Shown here: one piece after another, positions 21,634-30,069 of the stretch
How the letters are laid out: every line of letters starts with the position of its first letter
Numbering within the stretch: the stretch's first letter is position 1
Assembly: GCF_900095195.1 (NCBI RefSeq)
Contig: NZ_LT606950.1
Coordinates: forward strand, 30,001 to 62,000
Direction of reading: 5' to 3'
DNA from: Polynucleobacter necessarius
GTDB taxonomy: Bacteria > Pseudomonadota > Gammaproteobacteria > Burkholderiales > Burkholderiaceae
DNA length: 32,000 nucleotides
Program-made: the position numbers and the translations under genes
The notes under the pieces: generated by a model
Told to the model about the DNA's origin: nothing
The model's database searches: none
The model's input: the letters and a program-made list of their open reading frames with translations, nothing else

Positions 21634-22821
21634 ATGAAAAAATCGCTATTTGCTATCGCGGCCACAACAGCTATTGCTGGTGTTGCTCATGCACAGTCCA
21701 GCGTTACCGTTTACGGTATTTTGGACGTTGGTTTCTCAGACAAGTCAACGCGTACTGGTACAGCTTCATCTGGTGGCGTTAATAAGACAAACGCAAATTT
21801 GTTTACTGCGGACGCTGAGCAATCCGGCCGTTTGGGTTTCAAAGGTACTGAAGATCTTGGTGGCGGTGCTTCTGCATTCTTCACTATTGAAACAGGCTTA
21901 ACACCAGCTGGTTCACAAATGTCCACTATGAATAACCGTCAATCATTTGTTGGTTTGAAAAAGAATGGCATTGGCGCTCTCTCAATCGGTACTCAGTACA
22001 CTCCAATCCACAACGCGTTTGCTGCTACTGACCCTGGTCAAAACAACACAGTTGGTAACGTTGTACATCCTTCCGCTGGTACAGAAGGTTCACAGCAAGC
22101 CTCTTCATCTGCATACACCATTAGCACAACCAACACCTTGGTTGCTAGCTCTGATAAGTTTTCTGGATTCCAAGTTCAGTTGAACTACTCACAAAACATG
22201 CAAGATGCTACTCAGCGTGGTAACGCCACAACTGTTGCTACAAACGGCGGTAACATCAACTGGAACGGCTGGGGTATTGGCGCTAACTACACATGGCAAA
22301 AGCTGTATGTAACCGCTGCATATCAGGCATTCAAAAACTCTACAGATAACGCTAACCCACTAACTGCTGCTTATACAACTGTATTGAACCCAGGTACAAC
22401 TGTTAGCCAAACAACTTTGACTAATGTTTCTGATAATCAAGTTTACGTTGGCGCAACTTATGACTTCGGTATTTTGAAGGCTTATGCTAACTACATTAAC
22501 CGTAAAGTTACAAGCAACCTCAACTCTAACAACTACTACAGCCGTACTGCTCAGCAGATTGGTGTTCGTAGCTACATCACTCCAACAATCGAATCATGGG
22601 CTTCTATCGGTAACGGTCGAGCCAACGTATTTGGTAACGGCGAGCCAGCTGTTAACTTCGATGCATGGCAGCTTGGTAGCAACTACTGGTTGAGCAAGCG
22701 TACTAACTTGTACGGTATCTATGGCCAAACATTAACTTCCTCTGGAAGTTCTTCTGTATTGGGTTACAATACTTCGGCAGCTGCTAGCCAGTTTGCTTTG
22801 GGTGTACGCCATACATTCTAA
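21634..22821 (+). CDS. Trimeric-type outer-membrane porin (Burkholderiales Omp32/OpcP-like)
   Basis: GGAG lies 9 nt before the ATG at 21634. Signal peptide MKKSLFAIAATTAIAGVAHA followed by QSSVTVYGILDVG. Alternating beta-strand pattern and C-terminal GVRHTF. Confidence 0.85.
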   Translation: MKKSLFAIAATTAIAGVAHAQSSVTVYGILDVGFSDKSTRTGTASSGGVNKTNANLFTADAEQSGRLGFKGTEDLGGGASAFFTIETGLTPAGSQMSTMNNRQSFVGLKKNGIGALSIGTQYTPIHNAFAATDPGQNNTVGNVVHPSAGTEGSQQASSSAYTISTTNTLVASSDKFSGFQVQLNYSQNMQDATQRGNATTVATNGGNINWNGWGIGANYTWQKLYVTAAYQAFKNSTDNANPLTAAYTTVLNPGTTVSQTTLTNVSDNQVYVGATYDFGILKAYANYINRKVTSNLNSNNYYSRTAQQIGVRSYITPTIESWASIGNGRANVFGNGEPAVNFDAWQLGSNYWLSKRTNLYGIYGQTLTSSGSSSVLGYNTSAAASQFALGVRHTF

Positions 22822-22875
22822 TAATTTGCTAGCTATGCTAGTTTAGTTTTAGATTGTTGTAACTGAAGTAACGTT

Positions 22876-22910
22876 AAACCCACTGTGGCAACGCAGTGGG
22901 TTTATTCTTT
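22876..22910 (+). terminator. Rho-independent terminator after the porin gene
   Basis: Perfect 10-bp stem AAACCCACTG / CAGTGGGTTT with an 8-nt loop, followed by ATTCTTT. Confidence 0.6.
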
Positions 22911-22937
22911 GTAAACCCAAAATTCCCTTTAAAGACT

Positions 22938-25357
22938 ATGAATGATGACCCGTTATTGACTCAAAACCAGAGACAATTGGCTCATGATATTTTTTTAAGA
23001 GGATTAGCAGAACATCAAGCAGGACAATTGTCGGGGGCGCAAGATTTATACCGAGAAGCATTACGCTATGACTCATTGCATGCCGAGGCAATTCACCACC
23101 TTGGAGGTGTCGAAGTCCAATACTCCAATTATGAGAATGCTCTAAAGCTCATTACTGAATCCATACAGATCAACCCCTCCAATGGGGTCGCTTTAAAGAA
23201 CCGAGGCTTGGGCCAAGCAATATTTGGATGACTTTATCGGAGCACTTAGCGACTTTTTAGAGGCTAAAAAATTTTCACCGAATGATCCAGAGTTGGATTA
23301 CAACTGTGGAAGTGCTTACTTAGGTCTGCATGAATATGAAAAAGCGCTTCAATATTTTGAGGGGCTAATTAATCGAGGGCATGTCAATGCGTTGATCTTG
23401 AATGATCAGGCAAATGCCTTCCACGAATGTGGAAAAACTCAGGACGCACTCGCATCGTATGATCAAGCGATTACTCTGGATCCGTATTATCCGGATGCTC
23501 ACTACAACAAAGCGCTACTGTTGCAATCTGAGAATCGGCTGGAAGAAGCGTGTGTTGAGCTTCAGAAAACCGTTGATATTGATCCCTGCAATAAACAGGC
23601 CCTGAATAATCTTGGAATTATCCATGAAAAAATTTATGACTTTCCAAGCGCCTTAGAGGTGCTGAAGAGGGCGGTTGAGATTGATCCAGATTATGTAGAA
23701 GCACATGCAAATTTGGGAAATATCTATTCATCATTAAAGCAAATGGATCTAGCTATCCAATGTTATGACAAGGCGATATCTTTGAAAAATGGTCTGTCAC
23801 AATTCTATAACAATCGAGCAAACGCGTTGGGTGAACTGGATGGGTTGGAAGAGGCATTGGAGGATTATGAGACCGCTATAAAGCTCAATCCCGATTATGT
23901 AGATGCTTATAGCAATAAGGCGTTAACGTTGTATGAAATGAAGAAGCCTAAAGAAGCGCTTGAAACTTACCAGTAAGCGCTTCAGCTAAAACCAAATTAT
24001 GAATATCTTTTTGGTTTGCGTATGCATACTAAGATGATTATCTGCGAATGGGAAAATTATGAGCAGGAGCTTGCAGAATTATTTGAACGAATTGATGCAG
24101 GAGAAAAAGCTACTACCCCATTTCCGTTATTGGCATTGACCGATTTGTGTGAAATACAAAAGAGAGCAACAGAGCTGTATACGGGAGATAAATATCCCTC
24201 AAGTAGCTTATTAGGCGCTATTCAGAAATCTGCGCGAAAAGGAGTAATTACTGTAGGATATTTTTTGGTGATTTTCGGTCACATGCGATTGCCATTTTGA
24301 TGGCTGGTGTATTGGAGAATCACGATAAAACTAAATTTAAGCTAATTGCATTTTCATTTTCGCCTGGATCTCGGGATCCTATAAGACAGAGGGTGGAGGA
24401 TGCCTTTGACGAATTTATCGACATTAGCAATATGAGTGATGAAGAGGTTGCGCGATTGGCCCGAGAAAAAAATATTGACGTGGCGGTGGATTTAACGGGG
24501 TATACGCACTTAAATCGAACGCTGATCTTCGCCTACCGCGCCGCTCCCATTCAAGTTAACTATCTGGGTTTCCCAGGAACAATGGGCGCTCAATATATGG
24601 ATTATTTGATTGCGGACCCAACCGTGATCCCGCAAGACAGTCAAGCGTACTACACGGAAAAAATTGCTTACCTGCCGCATTGTTATCAGGCAAACGACTC
24701 CAAGCGCGTGATTTCTGAAAAAATCTTTAGTCGCTCAGAGTTGGGCTTGCCAGAAAATGCATTTGTATTTTGCTATTTTAATAATAATTACAAGATTACG
24801 CCGGATATCTTCTCGATCTGGATGCGCATCTTGCAGGCAGTCCATGATAGTGTTTTATGGTTGATTGAGGATAACCTGGTAGCCGCCAAGAATCTGAAGG
24901 CGGAAACCCAAAAAAGAGGCGCATCGGCAGATCGCATTATTTTTGCTCCCCGTATGCAGCCTGCCGATCATTTAGCCCGTCACCGCGCTACCAATTTATC
25001 TTTAGATACGCTGCCGTATAACGCACACACAACGGCTAGTGATGCCCTTTGGGCAGGCTTGCCGGTCTTAACGCGCTTGGTACAACCTTCCCAGGAAGGG
25101 TGGCTGCAAGCCTGCTCAAAGCAGTTGGTTTGCCTGGGCTGATTACAAATTCAGCGCAGGAGTATGAGGCAATGGCGATGGATTTAGCGACCGATCCTGA
25201 AAAACTCCAAGCAATCAAGCAAAAGTTGGCGGAGCACCGCCTAACAGAACCTTTGTTTAATACCGAGAAATTTGCCAGAGATATCGAAAATCTTTATACG
25301 CAAATGTATGAGCGCTATCAGAACAATTTAGGGGTCGATAGTATTCGGGTGGTTTGA
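22938..25357 (+). pseudogene. TPR-repeat / O-GlcNAc-transferase-like (SPY family, COG3914-type) glycosyltransferase, inactivated by 3 frameshifts and 1 nonsense codon
   Basis: Four ORF-track pieces (22896-23231, 23224-23976, 24016-24300, 24297-25142, plus 25049-25357) join into one ~806-codon reading. It has N-terminal TPR units and then ...ICEWENYE..., GDFRSHAIAILMAGVLENHD, and DALWAGLPVLTRLGTTFPGRVAASLLKAVGLPGLIT. The lesions are at 23210-23212, 23974-23976 (TAA), 24261-24266 and 25079-25080. Confidence 0.8.
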
Positions 25358-25376
25358 GGGGTAAGGAAATTTGTAT

Positions 25377-25398
25377 GCTCTATTTAACAAAATAGAGC
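25377..25398. terminator. Possible bidirectional hairpin between the convergent OGT pseudogene and mscL
   Basis: Perfect 8-bp stem GCTCTATT / AATAGAGC with a 6-nt loop. There is no clear U-tract on either strand. Confidence 0.3.
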
Positions 25399-25470
25399 CA
25401 CGGTTCTGCCTTTGAATCTTTAGCTTGGCCGACTACTTTTTGAGGCTATCGCGAATTTCGCGTAAAAGCG

Positions 25471-25854
25471 TTATGCCCTCTGGCGTGGGGGTGCGGGTGG
25501 CGCATCTAAAACCCGAATTTTATTTACCACTTTTACCATTTGAAAAATAACAAAAGCCAAAAGAATAAAGTTAATTGATATGGTGATGAAGTTCCCGTAA
25601 GCGAAAATCGGCACACCCGCCTTCTTAAGGGCATCAAAGGTCCTTGGAGCCCCATCTGGGATATGCCCCAAAACGATAAAGAGGTTTGTAAAGTCAATAT
25701 GCCCACCCAATAACGTCGAAATAATGGGCATAACGATGTCATTTACGAGGGAATTAACGATTTTTCCAAAAGCACCGCCAATAATGACCCCGACCGCCAG
25801 GTCTATAACGTTGCCCTTGACCGCAAAATCTCTAAATTCCTGCAAAATGCCCAT
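25471..25854 (-). CDS. mscL: Large-conductance mechanosensitive channel (C-terminal helix lost through a homopolymer frameshift)
   Basis: [33 protein letters not shown]... The present frame ends [10 protein letters not shown]. The shifted frame continues [17 protein letters not shown] to 25433. Confidence 0.9.
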   Translation of the reverse strand: MGILQEFRDFAVKGNVIDLAVGVIIGGAFGKIVNSLVNDIVMPIISTLLGGHIDFTNLFIVLGHIPDGAPRTFDALKKAGVPIFAYGNFITISINFILLAFVIFQMVKVVNKIRVLDAPPAPPRQRA

Positions 25855-25991
25855 ATTTGCTCCCTTTTTTATCCAAATAGTGATTAACCCGAGATTAACC
25901 CCATAACTTTCTTGCTTACCCCACTTTTTACTTTAAAATCCTACCTTTAAGCAATTTCCACCCATAAATACCCTTTCTAGGAATTTTGTAA

Positions 25992-26594
25992 ATGTGTGAT
26001 AAGCCCTGTATGGACAAGGATCGCCGTAATTGGCTAATCGCCACATCCGCTGTTGGCGGTGTAGGCGCAGCAGCAGCACTTTATCCCTTCGTTGATAGTT
26101 TTGAGCCATCCGAGCGTGCTAAGGCGGCTGGTGCAGCGGTTGAGATCGACATTACTGGTATGCAGCCAGATGAGATGAGAACCGTAGAATGGCGCGGCAA
26201 GCCTGTATGGGTCATTCGTCGTACTCCCGAGCAAGTTGCCGAACTCTCCAAGCTTGATGGCGAGTTGGCAGACCCGAATTCATTGCGCGATCCTGCGCAA
26301 TTTACTCCACCTTATGCACAGAACCAATGGCGCTCCATTAAGCCAGAGTACTTAGTGGTGGTGGGTATTTGTACCCACCTTGGATGTTCTCCTACCGCTA
26401 AGTTTGAAGCTGGTCCTCAGCCTTCATTGCCAAATACTTGGCCAGGTGGTTTCCTTTGCCCATGTCACGGCTCGACATTTGATATGGCAGGTCGTGTCTA
26501 TAAAAATAAACCAGCCCCAGACAATCTTGGCGTGCCTCCGCACATGTACTTAAGCGACACCAAGATTTTGGTTGGCGAAGATAAGAAAGCCTGA
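25992..26594 (+). CDS. petA: Ubiquinol-cytochrome c reductase Rieske iron-sulfur subunit
   Basis: Tat-type RRNWLIATSAVGG leader. Rieske boxes CTHLGC and CPCHGS. AGGA lies 8 nt before the ATG. Confidence 0.95.
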   Translation: MCDKPCMDKDRRNWLIATSAVGGVGAAAALYPFVDSFEPSERAKAAGAAVEIDITGMQPDEMRTVEWRGKPVWVIRRTPEQVAELSKLDGELADPNSLRDPAQFTPPYAQNQWRSIKPEYLVVVGICTHLGCSPTAKFEAGPQPSLPNTWPGGFLCPCHGSTFDMAGRVYKNKPAPDNLGVPPHMYLSDTKILVGEDKKA

Positions 26595-26604
26595 GGAGAA
26601 ATAA

Positions 26605-28005
26605 ATGGCATTTCAAGAAAAACAAGTTCCAGCGAATGCTCCCGTGGCACAGAAAGTCTTGGCCTGGGTTGATTCACGCTTTCCGCTGACCTCTACCATT
26701 AAAGGTCATCTCACAGAATATTACGCACCCAAAAACCTCAATTTTTGGTATTTCTTTGGATCCTTAGCAATCGTTGTGTTAGCTCTGCAAATCATCACCG
26801 GTATCTTTTTGGTGATGAACTACAAGCCAGATGCTGCAAAAGCATTTGAGTCGGTTGAATACATCATGCGTGAAGTTCCATGGGGCTGGTTAATTCGTTA
26901 CCTCCACTCCACGGGTGCCTCCATGTTCTTTGTAGTGGTTTATCTGCACATGTTCCGCGGTTTGATTTATGGCTCATATCGCAAGCCACGTGAACTGATT
27001 TGGATCTTTGGTTGCGCGATTTTCCTGTGCCTAATGGGTGAAGCTTTCTTTGGTTATTTGCTCCCATGGGGTCAAATGTCTTATTGGGGTGCTCAAGTTA
27101 TCGTGAACTTGTTCTCCGCCATTCCTTTTATTGGCCCAGATCTCTCTTTGTGGTTGCGTGGGGATTATGTGGTTGGCGATGCCACCCTCAATCGTTTTTT
27201 TGCTTTCCACGTCATTGCGATTCCATTGGTATTAATTGGTTTAGTGGCTGCCCACATCATCGCTTTGCATGAGGTGGGATCCAATAACCCTGATGGCGTT
27301 GAAATAAAAGAAGCTCTTGATGCGAACGGCAAACCTGTTGATGGTATCCCGTTCCACCCTTACTACACGGTTCATGACGTGTTTGGTCTAGGTGTTTTCT
27401 TAATGATTTTTGTGTGCATTGTGTTCTTTGCGCCAGAGATGGGGGGTTACTTCCTCGAGGCAAATAACTTTATTCCCGCAAACCCATTGCAAACGCCCCC
27501 ACACATTGCACCCGTTTGGTATTTCACGCCGTTCTACTCAATGTTGCGTGCCACAACCTCTAACTTCCTATTGCCACTGTGGATTTTCTTGGCAGTTATT
27601 TTGGCTATGTTTGCAAAGTCATCAAGCGATAAAAAGGTAAAAGGTGCATGTGTTGCTATTGCACTAGTGTTGGCCGGCGGCTTTTATTTGTTTGATGCGA
27701 AATTCTGGGGTGTGGTGATCATGGGTGGTTCAGTGGTGATCATGTTCTTTTTGCCATGGCTCGATCATTCTCCAGTGAAATCTATTCGCTATCGCCCACA
27801 GCTTCATAAATACATTCATGGCGTGTTTGTGGTGAGCTTTGTAATCCTAGGTTACTTGGGGATCCAGCCACCATCGCCTGTATTTGAAAAGATCTCTCAG
27901 GTCTGCACGATTTACTACTTGGGCTTTTTCTTGGCAATGCCGTTTTGGAGCAGGCTTGGTACATTCAAGTCCGTCCCAACACGCGTTACTTTTGAGTCCC
28001 ATTAA
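26605..28005 (+). CDS. petB: Cytochrome b
   Basis: 466 aa, polytopic. RYLHSTGASMFF and FFAFHV heme-ligand contexts, and the PVWYFTPFY block. Confidence 0.95.
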   Translation: MAFQEKQVPANAPVAQKVLAWVDSRFPLTSTIKGHLTEYYAPKNLNFWYFFGSLAIVVLALQIITGIFLVMNYKPDAAKAFESVEYIMREVPWGWLIRYLHSTGASMFFVVVYLHMFRGLIYGSYRKPRELIWIFGCAIFLCLMGEAFFGYLLPWGQMSYWGAQVIVNLFSAIPFIGPDLSLWLRGDYVVGDATLNRFFAFHVIAIPLVLIGLVAAHIIALHEVGSNNPDGVEIKEALDANGKPVDGIPFHPYYTVHDVFGLGVFLMIFVCIVFFAPEMGGYFLEANNFIPANPLQTPPHIAPVWYFTPFYSMLRATTSNFLLPLWIFLAVILAMFAKSSSDKKVKGACVAIALVLAGGFYLFDAKFWGVVIMGGSVVIMFFLPWLDHSPVKSIRYRPQLHKYIHGVFVVSFVILGYLGIQPPSPVFEKISQVCTIYYLGFFLAMPFWSRLGTFKSVPTRVTFESH

Positions 28006-28035
28006 TCGAGAACTGAGAAAGAATTAGGAACTAGT

Positions 28036-28809
28036 ATGAAACGAATTCTTCAAACTTTGATGGGCGCATTCCAAGCTACTGCAGTGGTAGTTGCCCTTGG
28101 CCTAGGCGCAACAGCCCAAGCAAATGAGGGCGGTTTCCCATTGGAAACTGCTCCCAATCGCGTTAGCAGCAACGCCTCTTTGCAAAATGGCGCGAAATTA
28201 TTTGTTAACTATTGCTTAAATTGTCACGCTGTTTCCAGTATGCGTTACAACCGTCTACGCGATATTGGGTTAACCGATCAACAAATCAAAGATAACCTTA
28301 TTTTGACTGATGCTAAGGTTGGTGATTTGATGACAATTTCCATGACGCCAAAAGAAGGCAAAGTCTTTTTTGGAAACAATCCACCTGATTTATCGGTGGA
28401 AGCACGTGCGCGTGGAACAGATTGGTTGTATACCTATCTTCGCACTTTCTACAAAGACGACACCACCCAAACTGGTTGGAATAATTTAGTGTATCCTAGT
28501 GTTGGTATGCCGCATGTGCTTTGGCAGCTTCAGGGTGAGCGCGCCGCCAAGTTTGAGGAGCGCAAAGATCCACATGATGACAGTAGAGTAGAAAAAGTAT
28601 TTGTTGGTTTTGAGCAGCTAACCCCTGGCACGATGAAGCCTCAAGAATATGACGATAATATCGCCGACCTTGTTGCGTTTATGTCCTGGATGGCAGAGCC
28701 AGTTCAGCTTGAGCGTAAGCGTCTTGGCGTTGTTGTTCTCCTGTTCTTGGCAATCTTTACCCTTTTGGCATGGCGTTTAAATAAGGCCTACTGGAAAGAT
28801 ATTCATTGA
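28036..28809 (+). CDS. petC: Cytochrome c1
   Basis: Signal peptide, heme motif CLNCHAV, PPDLS block and a C-terminal TM anchor (VVVLLFLAIFTLLAW). Confidence 0.9.
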   Translation: MKRILQTLMGAFQATAVVVALGLGATAQANEGGFPLETAPNRVSSNASLQNGAKLFVNYCLNCHAVSSMRYNRLRDIGLTDQQIKDNLILTDAKVGDLMTISMTPKEGKVFFGNNPPDLSVEARARGTDWLYTYLRTFYKDDTTQTGWNNLVYPSVGMPHVLWQLQGERAAKFEERKDPHDDSRVEKVFVGFEQLTPGTMKPQEYDDNIADLVAFMSWMAEPVQLERKRLGVVVLLFLAIFTLLAWRLNKAYWKDIH

Positions 28810-28812
28810 TGC

Positions 28813-28850
28813 TGGATTGGGGCCCCTTTGGGCTTCAATCCATATCTTTT
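28813..28850 (+). terminator. Rho-independent terminator after petC
   Basis: A ~13-bp stem (TGGATTGGGGCCC / GGGCTTCAATCCA, including two G-U pairs) with loop CTTT, followed by TATCTTTT. Confidence 0.55.
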
Positions 28851-28897
28851 AAATTACGTATTGTTGTACTGCAGTTGAAATTTAAGGAAATAAATTT

Positions 28898-29509
28898 ATG
28901 ATGGTGTTGTATTCTGGCACGAATTGCCCATTCTCGCAACGCTGCCGTTTAGAGCTTTTCGAAAAAGGCATGGATTTTGAAATCCGCGATGTTGACTTGT
29001 TCAATAAGCCAGAAGATATTTCGGTTATGAATCCTTATGGCCAGGTACCCATCTTGGTTGAGCGTGATCTCATTTTGTATGAATCGAACATTATTAATGA
29101 ATACATTGATGAGCGTTTTCCTCACCCTCAATTGATGCCGCCAGATCCCGTTGCTCGCGCTCGTGCCCGCCTATTTTTATTCAACTTTGAAAAAGAGCTG
29201 TTTGTTCACGTTGCTGCTCTCGAGAATGAAAAAGGCAAAGCCGCTGAGAAGACACATGAAAAAGCCCGCTTAGCCATTCGTGACAGCTTAACGCGGCTAG
29301 CCCCCATTTTTGTTAAGAACAAATACATGCTGGGCGATGAGTATTCTATGCTGGACGTGGCGATTGCACCGTTGCTATGGCGCCTTGAGCACTATGGCAT
29401 TGATCTCTCTCGTAACGCTGTAGCGCTCTTAAAGTATGCTGAGCGTATCTTTAGCAGACCGGCTTATATTGAAGCTTTAACGCCCTCCGAAAAGGTCATG
29501 CGTCGCTAA
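28898..29509 (+). CDS. sspA: Stringent starvation protein A (GST-like)
   Basis: 203 aa with a GST fold. MVLYSG..CPFSQRCR... and NPYGQVPILVERDLILYESNIINEYIDERFPHP. Confidence 0.9.
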   Translation: MMVLYSGTNCPFSQRCRLELFEKGMDFEIRDVDLFNKPEDISVMNPYGQVPILVERDLILYESNIINEYIDERFPHPQLMPPDPVARARARLFLFNFEKELFVHVAALENEKGKAAEKTHEKARLAIRDSLTRLAPIFVKNKYMLGDEYSMLDVAIAPLLWRLEHYGIDLSRNAVALLKYAERIFSRPAYIEALTPSEKVMRR

Positions 29510-29530
29510 AAGTGGCGCTGCCCAGTCAGT

Positions 29531-29938
29531 ATGTTTGACATACCTAGCAATAAACCATATTTAATCCGTGCCCTACATCAGTGGTGCACGGATTTTGGTT
29601 TTACGCCTTTTATCGCAGTATTTGTTGATGAAAGGGTTGAGGTTCCCCTGGAGTGCGTAAAAAATAACGAAATTGTTTTAAACCTGTCTACTGAAGCATG
29701 TCATCAATTGCAAATTGAGAATGACTGGATTAGTTTTCAAGCAAGATTCGGGAGCATCCCTAAGAAGATTAGGGTTCCAATAAGTCATATCCTAGCTATT
29801 TATGCGAGAGAAAATGGTCAGGGTATGTCGTTTCCATATGATCCTCTACAGGCTAGAGGGCTACTCGGGAAGGATGCACCCAAAGGGGTTGATGAAAAGC
29901 CTAAGCCCCCTAGACCCTCCTTGAGAGTTGTGAAATAG
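29531..29938 (+). CDS. sspB: Stringent starvation protein B (ClpXP adaptor)
   Basis: PYLIRALHQWCTDFGFTPFI N-terminus and the C-terminal ClpX-binding-type tail PSLRVVK. Follows sspA. Confidence 0.85.
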   Translation: MFDIPSNKPYLIRALHQWCTDFGFTPFIAVFVDERVEVPLECVKNNEIVLNLSTEACHQLQIENDWISFQARFGSIPKKIRVPISHILAIYARENGQGMSFPYDPLQARGLLGKDAPKGVDEKPKPPRPSLRVVK

Positions 29939-29955
29939 GCTAAAATACAAATGTT

Positions 29956-30031
29956 GCCCCTTTAGCTCATCTGGTAGAGCAACTGATTTGTAATCAGTGG
30001 GTGGTCTGTTCGAGTCGGACAAGGGGCACCA
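29956..30031 (+). tRNA. tRNA-Thr (anticodon UGU), CCA encoded
   Basis: I folded it by hand. Acceptor GCCCCTT/AAGGGGC, D arm GCTC-ATCTGGTA-GAGC, anticodon arm ACTGA-TTTGTAA-TCAGT, 5-nt variable loop, T arm GTCTG-TTCGAGT-CGGAC, discriminator A, CCA. 76 nt in total. Confidence 0.9.
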
Positions 30032-30040
30032 GATCTACGG

Positions 30041-30066
30041 CCATCCAAGTTCTTGGAGGGCTTTTT
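30041..30066 (+). terminator. Candidate terminator after tRNA-Thr
   Basis: Imperfect hairpin CCATCCAAG..CTTGGAGGG followed by CTTTTT. Confidence 0.45.
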
Positions 30067-30069
30067 AAC

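Noticed and set aside
21650-22693. Three alternative-frame + strand ORFs inside the porin gene (21650-21901, 21965-22183, 22484-22693).
   Set aside because: They are a by-product of the biased Thr/Ser/Asn/Gly codon composition of the porin. The porin frame itself has a signal peptide, beta-strand periodicity and a terminal Phe.
25450-25462. The palindrome CGCGAATTTCGCG just downstream of the present mscL stop, considered as a possible operator or terminator.
   Set aside because: It lies within the ancestral mscL tail and simply encodes REIRD on the minus strand. The stem is short with a 1-nt loop.
29956-30069. tRNA-Thr considered as a possible integration site for a genomic island.
   Set aside because: There is no integrase, no duplicated tRNA 3' end and no att-like direct repeat downstream. 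The adjacent gene is a decayed chromosomal MFS transporter.
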